Positions 9,208 through 18,136 of a stretch of 64,000 nucleotides of DNA are shown here, in pieces. The stretch covers positions 25,076-89,075 of the forward strand of contig CAURWY010000002.1 in the NCBI GenBank assembly GCA_963529005.1, read 5' to 3'. The notes under the pieces were generated by a model that was given only the letters and a program-made list of their open reading frames with translations, had not been told where the DNA came from and did not search any database. This stretch comes from an uncultured Candidatus Saccharibacteria bacterium (GTDB taxonomy: Bacteria; Patescibacteriota; Saccharimonadia; Saccharimonadales; Saccharimonadaceae). Position 1 is the first letter of the stretch. Each line of letters starts with the position of its first letter. A program made the position numbers and the translations under genes.

Positions 9208-10218
9208 ATGACAGCAACTACTATAGCATCAGCACAATTCCGCACCGCTGAGAGCGTGAGCCCAGGCCACCCCGACAAGCTGTGCGACCAAATGAGCGAC
9301 GCCATCCTTGATGCTTACTTAGCCCACGACCCACAGGCACGCGTGGCAGTGGAGGTGTGCGGCGGCCATGGCACGGTGTTTGTGACAGGCGAAGTGACGT
9401 CGCAGGCGACGGTGGCAGTGGCACCGATTGTGCAGCGTTTGGCGGGGAATGGGGTAGAGATAATTGAACATATTGCTCAGCAGAGCCCAGAGATTGCTCG
9501 CGGTGTGGATGATGGTGGGGCAGGTGACCAAGGCGTGATGATCGGCTATGCTTGCAACGAAACGCCTGAGCTGCTCCCACTCGAAACAGTGCTGGCGCGA
9601 CGATTGAACCAATTTTTGTATCAACGTTGGCCCTACGATGGCAAAACGCAAGTAACACTGCGTGGCGGGCAGATAACGGCAATTGTTGCAAGCTTCCAAA
9701 ACGCACCAAAAGACGAATTAACAGAGGCAGTCAAGGAGTGGCTCCAGCAGCAGACGTATGTGAACACATTTTTTAAGGATAAGCAATATGATGTACCAGT
9801 GCTACACTGTAACCCAGCAGGGGACTGGCAGATTGGTGGCTTTGCGGCTGATGCTGGCTTGACGGGGCGCAAGCTCATCGTCGACAATTATGGGCCACGC
9901 GTGCCGATTGGTGGTGGGGCCTTTAGTGGTAAGGACGCCACTAAGGTAGACCGCTCGGCGGCATATATGGCGCGGCGCATTGCAGTGGATTATCTGCGAC
10001 AGCACCACGCGCAGGAGGTGTTGGTGCGCCTGGCGTATGCAATTGGCCACAACCAGCCCGTCGAGGCGACTGCCATCATCGATGGGGTAGAGCAGCCCAT
10101 CACAGGCTATGATCTCAGCCCGCATGGTATCATCACCACACTTCAGCTCGCCCAGCCTATCTACGAGCCAACCGCTCGCTGGGGGCACTTTGGCGAGGGG
10201 TTTGTGTGGGATCGGTAG
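9208..10218 (+). CDS. metK: S-adenosylmethionine synthetase (compact form)
   Basis: 'TAESVSPGHPDKLCDQ', 'GAGDQG', 'DAGLTGRK', 'GGGAFSGKD.TKVDRS'. Confidence 0.95.
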   Translation: MTATTIASAQFRTAESVSPGHPDKLCDQMSDAILDAYLAHDPQARVAVEVCGGHGTVFVTGEVTSQATVAVAPIVQRLAGNGVEIIEHIAQQSPEIARGVDDGGAGDQGVMIGYACNETPELLPLETVLARRLNQFLYQRWPYDGKTQVTLRGGQITAIVASFQNAPKDELTEAVKEWLQQQTYVNTFFKDKQYDVPVLHCNPAGDWQIGGFAADAGLTGRKLIVDNYGPRVPIGGGAFSGKDATKVDRSAAYMARRIAVDYLRQHHAQEVLVRLAYAIGHNQPVEATAIIDGVEQPITGYDLSPHGIITTLQLAQPIYEPTARWGHFGEGFVWDR

Positions 10219-10391
10219 AAGAAAGACAGGTAATTGCAAAACCAATCGTACTCGTTTTGCATGGTTTAAATATTCAGCAATGCGCCCTTTGCTAAAGTAG
10301 TAATAATATGTCATTTATCATTGACAAAATCAGAAAGGGAGAGTACTCTATATGACATTAACAAATTGAATAGAGCAAGAGGTAGGGATAT

Positions 10392-11105
10392 ATGCGACCA
10401 AGTGAACAGCCATTGATGACGAAGCGATATCGGGGGATTGATAAAAAACCGTTGGACGAAAAAGAGAAAAAATATAGAGCAGAGCTTGCGCATAGACTTA
10501 CATCGGCTTTAGATCATCCAGATATAGTAGAAGAATACATAGATCATGATATCGCATTGATGGACCAACTAAGAGTTGTGACGGGCGTACACTTTGATAC
10601 CGAGATTTTCCCACGAACAGAAATATACCGATCGGCAACAATTACCCCGCATTGCTACACGCCACATGATTATGTAGCCTATGACTCTAAAGGTATATAT
10701 AGTTCAGTCGTTGCGCTTCCTACCTATGGAAAATACCAGGGGACAATTGGCAAAGAGCCAGTAGCTGATGGATATATGATGCTTATTAAGGCATCGGTTG
10801 TTGCTGATGGAGAGAAAGCTCCAGATCCAACATTTGCAGATTTTGCCTGGGATGACAACTATGCAATGGGAGCGCTGGTGGCAGGCGACAATATACGGTT
10901 TGTTGAGCTGACACATAGTGATCCTGCTGAAGCTGGATCATTGTATCCTACAGTTGCTGAGATTGACCCATCGAGCAAAGATGCAGAGCAAATCATGATG
11001 GAGCTAGAAAAGTTTGTTGTAGCACAAGAGGCTGCTACGAAGCCGAAAGGTCGACTTGCATTGCTTGGTAAGCGTGTTATGCAGATGTTTGGCTTGACCA
11101 AATAG
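10392..11105 (+). CDS. hypothetical protein
   Basis: 237-aa ORF, AT-richer than its neighbours, with a basic amphipathic C-terminus. Confidence 0.7.
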   Translation: MRPSEQPLMTKRYRGIDKKPLDEKEKKYRAELAHRLTSALDHPDIVEEYIDHDIALMDQLRVVTGVHFDTEIFPRTEIYRSATITPHCYTPHDYVAYDSKGIYSSVVALPTYGKYQGTIGKEPVADGYMMLIKASVVADGEKAPDPTFADFAWDDNYAMGALVAGDNIRFVELTHSDPAEAGSLYPTVAEIDPSSKDAEQIMMELEKFVVAQEAATKPKGRLALLGKRVMQMFGLTK

Positions 11106-11149
11106 CCCTCTCTTTGCCTCTCGCCCCACAACCTTGTATACTAGAGCCT

Positions 11150-12682
11150 ATGGATCAGACACTTGCACAGGAGATTTTGCGTAGTGGTCAGAGTGTGCTG
11201 CTGACAGGGCCAGCAGGCACAGGCAAGACGTATGTGTTGGGGCAGTTCATCCGCCAGTGTAAGGCGGATGGCAAGTATGTCTCCGTCACTGCCACGACGG
11301 GGCTTGCAGCGACTCACCTGGGCGGCAGCACCATCCACGCATGGGCAGGGATTGGCATCCACGATAGCTTGCCGAACAATTTTTTTGATCACCTGTCGAA
11401 GACGCGGCGCGATATTATTGCCAAGACAGATGTGCTGATCATCGATGAGATTAGTATGCTACACGACTACCGCCTTGATATGATCGACGAAGTGTGCCGC
11501 CGGGTGCGTGAGATGCCGAATCAGCCTTTTGGCGGATTGCAGGTAGTGATGAGTGGGGACTTCTTCCAGCTACCACCAGTTAATCGCGATGGCGGGCGGC
11601 AGGGGAGCTTTGTGGTGCAGTCGCAAGCCTGGCGACAACTCAACCCAGCCATTCTATACCTCGACCAGCAATACCGCCAGCAAAAGGGCGACGCCCTACT
11701 AGACATCCTAACGGCTATGCGAGCTGGTGATCTGCGCCGACGCCATGCCGAGCAGCTATTAGCTCGCACAGAGGTAGAACCACCTCACGAGAGCGACCTA
11801 ACCGAACTCCATACCGTCAATATCGATGTCGATCGGATCAACCAAGCTCGCCTGGCTGAGCTGCCTGGCGACGAAGTATCGTACCAACGCAGCAGCACTG
11901 GTGGGCAAAATTACGTCGATACCTTGCAGCGGAGCATTCTTGCGCCAGAAGTGCTAGTGCTCAAGCGAGGGGCACTGGTGATGGCTATCAAAAACGACCA
12001 AGCGCGGCGCTTTGCCAATGGGAGCATTGGCCGGGTAACAGACTTCGAGCCAGGCACGGACTATCCCGTGGTGGAGTTTCGTAATGGCCATGTGGTGACG
12101 ATGCAGCCCGATACCTGGGAGCTGCGCGATGGTACGCGCAAGCGGGCCAGTATCTCGCAGCTGCCACTGCGCCTGGCTTGGGCGATTACTGTGCACAAGA
12201 GCCAGGGGATGACGCTCGATAGTGCACGCATCGACCTACGCAAAGCCTTCGTCCCGGGTATGGGCTATGTAGCACTGAGCCGCGTCAAGAGCCTCGATAC
12301 TATATACCTCACCGGCATCAACCGGATGGCGCTTACCATGAGTGACGAAGCCTATATCATCGACACGCAGCTGCGCACCCGGGCTGCCCAAGATGCCGAG
12401 CGCTTTGCATATCTGCGCGAACAGGCTGCTCAGCGTGCTGCGATGCCGCAGAAGAAGCCGACGAGTAAAACTGGTAGCACTAGCTGGGCGGCCAAGATCG
12501 CCACAATGCGCCAGACCCACCCCAACGCCTACAAACCATGGACAAAGGTTGACGATGAGACGCTCAAGCAGGCCTTCGTTCAAGGTGTGAGTATCCGCCA
12601 GCTCAGCCGTACTCTCGGTCGGCACGAAGGCTCGATAAAAATGCGACTGCAAAAGCATTTTGGCGAGGATGCAGTGCAGTAG
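11150..12682 (+). CDS. Pif1/RecD-like SF1B DNA helicase with a C-terminal HTH-like domain
   Basis: Walker A GPAGTGKT, 'IIDEISM', 'GDFFQLPPV', 'LAWAITVHKSQGMTL', 'YVALSR'. Confidence 0.92.
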   Translation: MDQTLAQEILRSGQSVLLTGPAGTGKTYVLGQFIRQCKADGKYVSVTATTGLAATHLGGSTIHAWAGIGIHDSLPNNFFDHLSKTRRDIIAKTDVLIIDEISMLHDYRLDMIDEVCRRVREMPNQPFGGLQVVMSGDFFQLPPVNRDGGRQGSFVVQSQAWRQLNPAILYLDQQYRQQKGDALLDILTAMRAGDLRRRHAEQLLARTEVEPPHESDLTELHTVNIDVDRINQARLAELPGDEVSYQRSSTGGQNYVDTLQRSILAPEVLVLKRGALVMAIKNDQARRFANGSIGRVTDFEPGTDYPVVEFRNGHVVTMQPDTWELRDGTRKRASISQLPLRLAWAITVHKSQGMTLDSARIDLRKAFVPGMGYVALSRVKSLDTIYLTGINRMALTMSDEAYIIDTQLRTRAAQDAERFAYLREQAAQRAAMPQKKPTSKTGSTSWAAKIATMRQTHPNAYKPWTKVDDETLKQAFVQGVSIRQLSRTLGRHEGSIKMRLQKHFGEDAVQ

Positions 12683-12824
12683 CGCATTGCTATCCCTCTG
12701 GGGGTCGTTTCATGCTTCTCAATAGATTACAGTTTACAGTAAACAAAAATGAATGTTCTTATAATACGTTCATTTTTTATACTAGAGCCGTAAACCGCTC
12801 AGTACCCCCCCCATAGTTTACTGA

Positions 12825-12854
12825 TTGACAAATCTCCTAGATATCTCTTACAAT
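12825..12854 (+). promoter_or_regulatory. promoter of the AAA+ ATPase operon
   Basis: TTGACA, 18 nt spacer, TACAAT; AAGGAG RBS downstream. Confidence 0.6.
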
Positions 12855-12882
12855 AAAGTAATCTAGACAATAAGGAGAAAAT

Positions 12883-14667
12883 ATGGCAAATCCAGAGAGA
12901 GAGAGAGCCTTAACAGGCAGTGCTGAGCAAACTGCTGCAGATACTGCAGGGAGTGGTGAGATTTCGCTCCAGTCACTGAGTAACCTGATGAGCGGCAAAA
13001 CACTGCGCGATATCGAAGCAGTGCACCAGGGGGTGACTGCAGACTTGAGCGAAGCACGCCAGGTTGTAGAGCAACTACACCAAGGGACGAGCGAGGAGGT
13101 TGTAAACGCGCTGCGGACGATCCTCGCGCTAGATCGTACAACACGGCAGCAGGAATACCCTGCATTGCAGCAGTTTGTCGACAGAGCCAAACCGTCGCAC
13201 TACCACACACCCCTCGTGCGCGCAGCCTTGCAGGCAGATGTACCCATCTGGCTGTATGGCGAGGCGGGGAGTGGCAAGTCGACTGCCGGTGAGCAAGCAG
13301 CAAATAGTCTCGGCTTGCCATTTCGCTCTATATCGCTCGGGCCAACGACATCCAAGTCCGACCTCATGGGCTATCGCGATGCGACTGGTAACTACCATAA
13401 CACAGCTTATCGTGAGGTGTATGAGAATGGTGGCGTCTTTATGTTTGATGAGATCGATAATGGTAGCGCAAGTATTTTGACTATCCTCAACAGTGCGCTC
13501 GCCAATGGCTATGGTGAGTTTCCGGATAGCAGAGTACCACGCCACGAGACGGCGCGCTTCATCGCCAGTGCCAACACGATTGGCCGCGGAGCGACGAGTG
13601 AGTATGTGGGCCGGGCACCGATCGATGCAGCCACCATCGACCGCTTTGCCTTCATCCCAATGGACACCGATGAAGATTTGGAAGAAGCGCTGATACTTGG
13701 TACGGAGATAAACCGCTCACCACTCGATATCTCGGCTGGTGAGGTGCCTAGCCCCAAAGAGTGGCTGGCTACAGTGCGAGCGCACCGCCAGGCACTGGGT
13801 GAGCTTGGTATCCGCGCTATCATTAGTCAGCGTGCTAGCTTGTATGGCGTACGCCTAGCTGAGCTAGGCGTCGGTAAGGACTGGCTGGGCGAGATGCTCC
13901 TCTATAAGGGCATGAAGGAGCATGACCGCGAGAAGCTAGCTGAGAATGCCAAGCGGTTGATGCCGAAAGTGCAGGAGGCACTTGACTACAAGACTCGTGA
14001 AGCTACGAAAGGCAAAGAGCTTGATGAATCTCACAGTAAGTCATCTCGAGAAACTCAGCCAAAAGACGCTGAAAAGAGAGATGATAGTGAGTGGTTTACA
14101 CCGCCGGAGGATAAAGAAATTACTATCGATAGAGCGCATGAACAATGGCTTGAGGAATCTCTTGATAGTTCTATACGTCGTTTCTTACCAGACTGTTATA
14201 ATATCGATGAATTAGACACAAGCGACTACGACACTGGTGTATTTGTCCGAGTGTGTTGGGACTTGGAGTCGATGCATTCGTGTGAGCTAACGGACATATT
14301 GCAAACGCCGACAATCACCGGGGCAGTAGCGCGCGTTCTTAGAGAGGACAATAGCTCGACGAAAAAAAGAGTCCTTATCTCAGATATAGTTGCTGCAGTC
14401 AATGTAGAGGATCGGCGTTGGCACCGCGACCGTGGATACATGACACAATGGGGAACAGAGGATGATGATAATGACAACATCAAGATGGAAGTACATAACC
14501 GAATAGAATTTGTAAAAACACACTTTTCACAATTGAACGACTATGATGTTCAAGCGTATGCCAAGCAATTCGAAGCCTGCCACGGTTTTGTTCCTGGGCG
14601 ATTCACCCTGTGTAATTGGCTGAGGCAGCACCCCGATGTGGGCGGCAAACAGCAAGGGAAGCACTAG
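12883..14667 (+). CDS. MoxR/CbbQ/CobS-like AAA+ ATPase with an acidic ~200-aa C-terminal module
   Basis: Walker A GEAGSGKS, Walker B FMFDEID, sensor 'ASANT', Arg finger 'DAATIDRF'. The C-terminal module is homologous to ORF 15733. Confidence 0.85.
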   Translation: MANPERERALTGSAEQTAADTAGSGEISLQSLSNLMSGKTLRDIEAVHQGVTADLSEARQVVEQLHQGTSEEVVNALRTILALDRTTRQQEYPALQQFVDRAKPSHYHTPLVRAALQADVPIWLYGEAGSGKSTAGEQAANSLGLPFRSISLGPTTSKSDLMGYRDATGNYHNTAYREVYENGGVFMFDEIDNGSASILTILNSALANGYGEFPDSRVPRHETARFIASANTIGRGATSEYVGRAPIDAATIDRFAFIPMDTDEDLEEALILGTEINRSPLDISAGEVPSPKEWLATVRAHRQALGELGIRAIISQRASLYGVRLAELGVGKDWLGEMLLYKGMKEHDREKLAENAKRLMPKVQEALDYKTREATKGKELDESHSKSSRETQPKDAEKRDDSEWFTPPEDKEITIDRAHEQWLEESLDSSIRRFLPDCYNIDELDTSDYDTGVFVRVCWDLESMHSCELTDILQTPTITGAVARVLREDNSSTKKRVLISDIVAAVNVEDRRWHRDRGYMTQWGTEDDDNDNIKMEVHNRIEFVKTHFSQLNDYDVQAYAKQFEACHGFVPGRFTLCNWLRQHPDVGGKQQGKH

Positions 14668-15564
14668 ATGCGTCGTTTTGAGGAGCAGCGCGGTGCCCGT
14701 ACGATACACTTTCGCCAGCTGGATAGTGTGAGCGAGATGATCGATGCGATGCAGCATGCACCCGAGCAGCAAGAGCAATCTGGCCTCAGAGCAGCGAGCC
14801 TGAAGATAGATGAGTGGCAGTGGTCGGGCACGAGTACGATGGATGAGGCGATCGAGCTAGCGCGCTACGGCTGGGAAGAGGGCCGCCAGCATTTGCGCCA
14901 GGCAGTGGGGCGTATTGCTCTTGACCAGCTAGTGGGGCGGCGACCAATTGTGGAATCTCAGCTAGATTTTGCTGGTGATGAGGTAGATATTGGCGCTTAC
15001 CTACACGGTGAGCCCGAGCATATGGTGGATTACCAAGTCCGTCAGGATACTCACGGGAAGCAGGCAATGATGTACGTTAATGCATCAATGGAGAGTAATG
15101 TCTCATCCAAGCGGATTATGCGGCGTGGCGGGGCGCTCTATGCAGCAATCGAGGCATTGCGTACTGAAGGGTATTCACTTGGCCTCACGATGGTGGAATC
15201 GACACAAAATAATAGCTTTTCCCATTACGCTGAATACCAGATACCAGTGGTACGGCCAGGGGAATATCTGGATATCGACACAGCGGCATTTTGCTTGGCA
15301 CACCCAGCATTCTTGCGTCGCGGGGTATTTGCCCTCAATGAGCATGAGTCAAATGACCTGCGCTACTCTATGGGGTTTATGGCAGGTCAAGGCTATGGCG
15401 AACCAATCCCCATGGTCTCAGATCTCCCGCCACACAGCTTTCTCATCGACCAAGGTGAGGGGCTCGACCTTAGGAGCGATGATGACATGCAGCGCTTTGC
15501 CCAAAAAGTGGTTGACCGCACACTGGAGACGCTGGGGCATGGGCCAGTAGACAGAGAACGCTAA
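14668..15564 (+). CDS. vWA-like partner of the AAA+ ATPase (phage-type)
   Basis: Directly abuts the ATPase (TAG-ATG). 'WSGTSTMDEAIELARYGWEEG', 'GDEVDIGAYLHGEPEHM' and 'LAHPAFLRR' are typical of divergent vWA partners of phage-type AAA proteins. Confidence 0.6.
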   Translation: MRRFEEQRGARTIHFRQLDSVSEMIDAMQHAPEQQEQSGLRAASLKIDEWQWSGTSTMDEAIELARYGWEEGRQHLRQAVGRIALDQLVGRRPIVESQLDFAGDEVDIGAYLHGEPEHMVDYQVRQDTHGKQAMMYVNASMESNVSSKRIMRRGGALYAAIEALRTEGYSLGLTMVESTQNNSFSHYAEYQIPVVRPGEYLDIDTAAFCLAHPAFLRRGVFALNEHESNDLRYSMGFMAGQGYGEPIPMVSDLPPHSFLIDQGEGLDLRSDDDMQRFAQKVVDRTLETLGHGPVDRER

Positions 15565-15666
15565 TTAGGTTTTTTGAGGCGCGCTATCCTTACGATATTG
15601 TTTGCTGCGCGTAGTAATTCTTGTGCAGTGAGTATGATGCGCCTAGCGGGCGTACCTGTGGGTTAT

Positions 15667-15696
15667 TTGACAGTGTAGAGAGATGTGATGTATTAT
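15667..15696 (+). promoter_or_regulatory. promoter of the stand-alone module gene
   Basis: TTGACA, 18 nt spacer, TATTAT; same spacing as the promoter at 12825. Confidence 0.55.
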
Positions 15697-15732
15697 GAGT
15701 TCCTACCTAATTAATAACAATGGAGCCGAGAT

Positions 15733-16632
15733 ATGAGTGAGAAAGTACGGCAAGACCACAACCGAGCACACAGTGCTGAGCAAACGCTGGGTGAGACGAA
15801 ACAGGGGCGATATAGAGAAGGTTGGCAGGAGCGAAAATCTGGGTTGCTTGTACCGGGCCTTGGTGTGGTTGCAACAATGGTTGGTGATGGTAAGATTATC
15901 GTCGTTGACAAACGCCGCGGAGCTAATGGGCATCAATCACCAGAAACACCTAACCCTGATGATCATTCATTACAGCATGATGAGGGCGGTAGCCATAATC
16001 TAGGCGAAGAAGAGCAGCAGCCACAGAATCCTAAGCAGCTCGATGACAGTGAGTGGTTTACGCCGCCGAGGGATGTGAAATTTGGTGCCTCTGAATTCAG
16101 GCTAATAGAGCAAAGTCTTAAAGATGCTATCGAGTGGGGTGATGATTTGTTGCTTGCGAGGCTGAATGCAGATCGTTTCAGCTCACTACTTAAGGCGCTT
16201 TGCTGGCAACTTGATCAACATGCGTATATTTTGGACAATGTACACCAGACATCACTCTTGAGAGGTGCCATAGATAGTTGTCTTAATGAAGGTGAAGGTA
16301 GTGATCGTGCAATAAAACTATCTGAGATTACTGATAAGATAACAGAGACTGATATAACTGAGGATTGTGATGATGACGATGTATATAGAGAAATGCTCAG
16401 GCCGCAATGGCGGATGGATCCTAAATGTGACGAAAGGTTGAGAGATAAAGTAGAAGAACGTATAAAAGACGTCCAAACACTCCTCGGTGATGAGCCTCCC
16501 ACGAGCAGTGAGATTGTAGACTATGCCGGTCAATTTGAGCAGATCCATGGTTTCGTCCCGAGTTGCTTTACGCTCTACAATTGGCTGAGCCAGCATCCCG
16601 ACGTAGGTGAAAAGCACGCTACTGAGCAATAG
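15733..16632 (+). CDS. hypothetical protein; stand-alone paralogue of the AAA+ ATPase C-terminal module
   Basis: Shares SAEQT, DDSEWFTPP and QFExxHGFVPxxFTLxNWLxQHPDVG with ORF 12883. Confidence 0.8.
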   Translation: MSEKVRQDHNRAHSAEQTLGETKQGRYREGWQERKSGLLVPGLGVVATMVGDGKIIVVDKRRGANGHQSPETPNPDDHSLQHDEGGSHNLGEEEQQPQNPKQLDDSEWFTPPRDVKFGASEFRLIEQSLKDAIEWGDDLLLARLNADRFSSLLKALCWQLDQHAYILDNVHQTSLLRGAIDSCLNEGEGSDRAIKLSEITDKITETDITEDCDDDDVYREMLRPQWRMDPKCDERLRDKVEERIKDVQTLLGDEPPTSSEIVDYAGQFEQIHGFVPSCFTLYNWLSQHPDVGEKHATEQ

Positions 16633-16665
16633 GCTTTACACCCCAAATATAGTACACTAGAAACC

Positions 16666-17781
16666 ATGCATAACGAACCAAACACACAAACCCCCACTAC
16701 CGATACCACCCCAGTAACGTCACCAGAGCTAGCTGCTGCGCCGCAGAGTGATGCAGACGTAGCCGCCCATGCCGAGGCTCAGCCAACAGATATTACCACA
16801 CAGCCTACTGCTGACACGTCTACCGACGCTACCGACATCTTCCTCTGGGCCAACCAAGCCGATCGCGACAAAGACCAGTTAGAGGTGGATCTCTTTCTCT
16901 TTACCAAGGGCTATACGGTGTATGCCACCAACTATGCAGCCGAGCTCAAGGCACAGCTCAAGGTGCTCTTCCTCTACGATATGATCACAGCAGTGCAGAC
17001 GGGTGCAGCGACTGGCCTGATGGTGCGAGACTTTGAGGCGGCCAAGGCTGAGGAGAATGTCCTTGAGCGCACCACGCTCGACCGGGTAGTGCATGCTCAG
17101 GAAGTGATCGAGCAGATCACCTACAGCGAGGCAGACCTCGAGACCTTCAACGAAGGTGACCATGAGTTTAAGAAGGTTAAGGGTATCATTGCACGCTTCC
17201 GGATGGGCACAGATGGCGAGCCATTCTTTGTGGCCAAGCTGCTGCCCCAGTCGCAGGTGCTCAAGGGAGCAACCGCCTGGATGTACAGTGGTGGGTCGTT
17301 CCAGCCATTTGTGGCTGATGCGGGGTTGCGCATTACACCGGATAATCAGGTGTTGATCGTCGGCAACGATATCTTTGCCTTTAGCGAGAGTAAATTCGTC
17401 CGGCTTTTTGGCTACGATGCCAAGAAGCACGCTGTGGCGGAGGAGAAGATCGCTGCCATCACTCAGCAGTTTAAGCTTACCTTGCCTGAGGGGCTCACGC
17501 TCGACCGCCTGGTGCGCGACACACCAGCGCTGGTGACTAAACTGCAAAAACTCGATCCCGCCCAAGTGACGCAAGACCAACTCATCGACCACGCCGACGA
17601 AATGGGCCTGGGCCTGATGACGGACGACGCGGCAGGGAGCATCATTATCATGGATGCCAAGGATGCGGCCGTTTTTGTCAATCTCCTCAACGACGACTAC
17701 GTCACGAGCGACCTGACTGGCGTTAAATACGAAATGCGCGGCAAGAAAATCTTACGCGAGAATGAGCAATTGCCAGAGTAG
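16666..17781 (+). CDS. DUF4868 / Kiwa KwaB-like protein
   Basis: C-terminal 'FVNLLNDDYVTSDLTGVKY' and 'IFAFSESKFVRLFGY' match the remembered DUF4868 pattern; low-complexity N-terminus. Confidence 0.65.
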   Translation: MHNEPNTQTPTTDTTPVTSPELAAAPQSDADVAAHAEAQPTDITTQPTADTSTDATDIFLWANQADRDKDQLEVDLFLFTKGYTVYATNYAAELKAQLKVLFLYDMITAVQTGAATGLMVRDFEAAKAEENVLERTTLDRVVHAQEVIEQITYSEADLETFNEGDHEFKKVKGIIARFRMGTDGEPFFVAKLLPQSQVLKGATAWMYSGGSFQPFVADAGLRITPDNQVLIVGNDIFAFSESKFVRLFGYDAKKHAVAEEKIAAITQQFKLTLPEGLTLDRLVRDTPALVTKLQKLDPAQVTQDQLIDHADEMGLGLMTDDAAGSIIIMDAKDAAVFVNLLNDDYVTSDLTGVKYEMRGKKILRENEQLPE

Positions 17782-17885
17782 GGGAGAGATATTCTCTGTG
17801 TCTAGCTAGTATCATGCTATTGGACAAGAAAATATCTGGAGGCTAGCGACCAAGCAAGCGGGAGTGCTCTGTATTTCGCCATAGG

Positions 17886-18082
17886 GTGTTGATCTCAAAA
17901 CTCTCATGTATTCTCGCTCCACCTCCCCACATTCCCTCTGACGGAACACTATAAGGGTGAATATCTCTCTAGAATATTCACCTCTTGCGCTGGGCTGAAA
18001 ACAGATTATTGCAATCTGTTTTCACACGCCATCAGATGAAGCGTGGAGAGGTGGAGCGAGCGCAAAGAAAGAGAGATCACAC
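17886..18082 (-). other. ~200-nt Y-shaped inverted-repeat element (ncRNA or miniature mobile element)
   Basis: 13-bp perfect stem 17913-17925/18048-18060, inner hairpins 17956-17982 and 17996-18024; C-A mismatches read as G-U on the minus strand. Confidence 0.55.
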
Positions 18083-18136
18083 CTCCACTCAATGTTCTAT
18101 TTTTCTTAATTCTCGGCTGATGGTACAATAAGCATT

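Noticed and set aside
12883..17781. Prophage or integrative element
   Set aside because: No integrase, terminase, structural genes or att repeats detected
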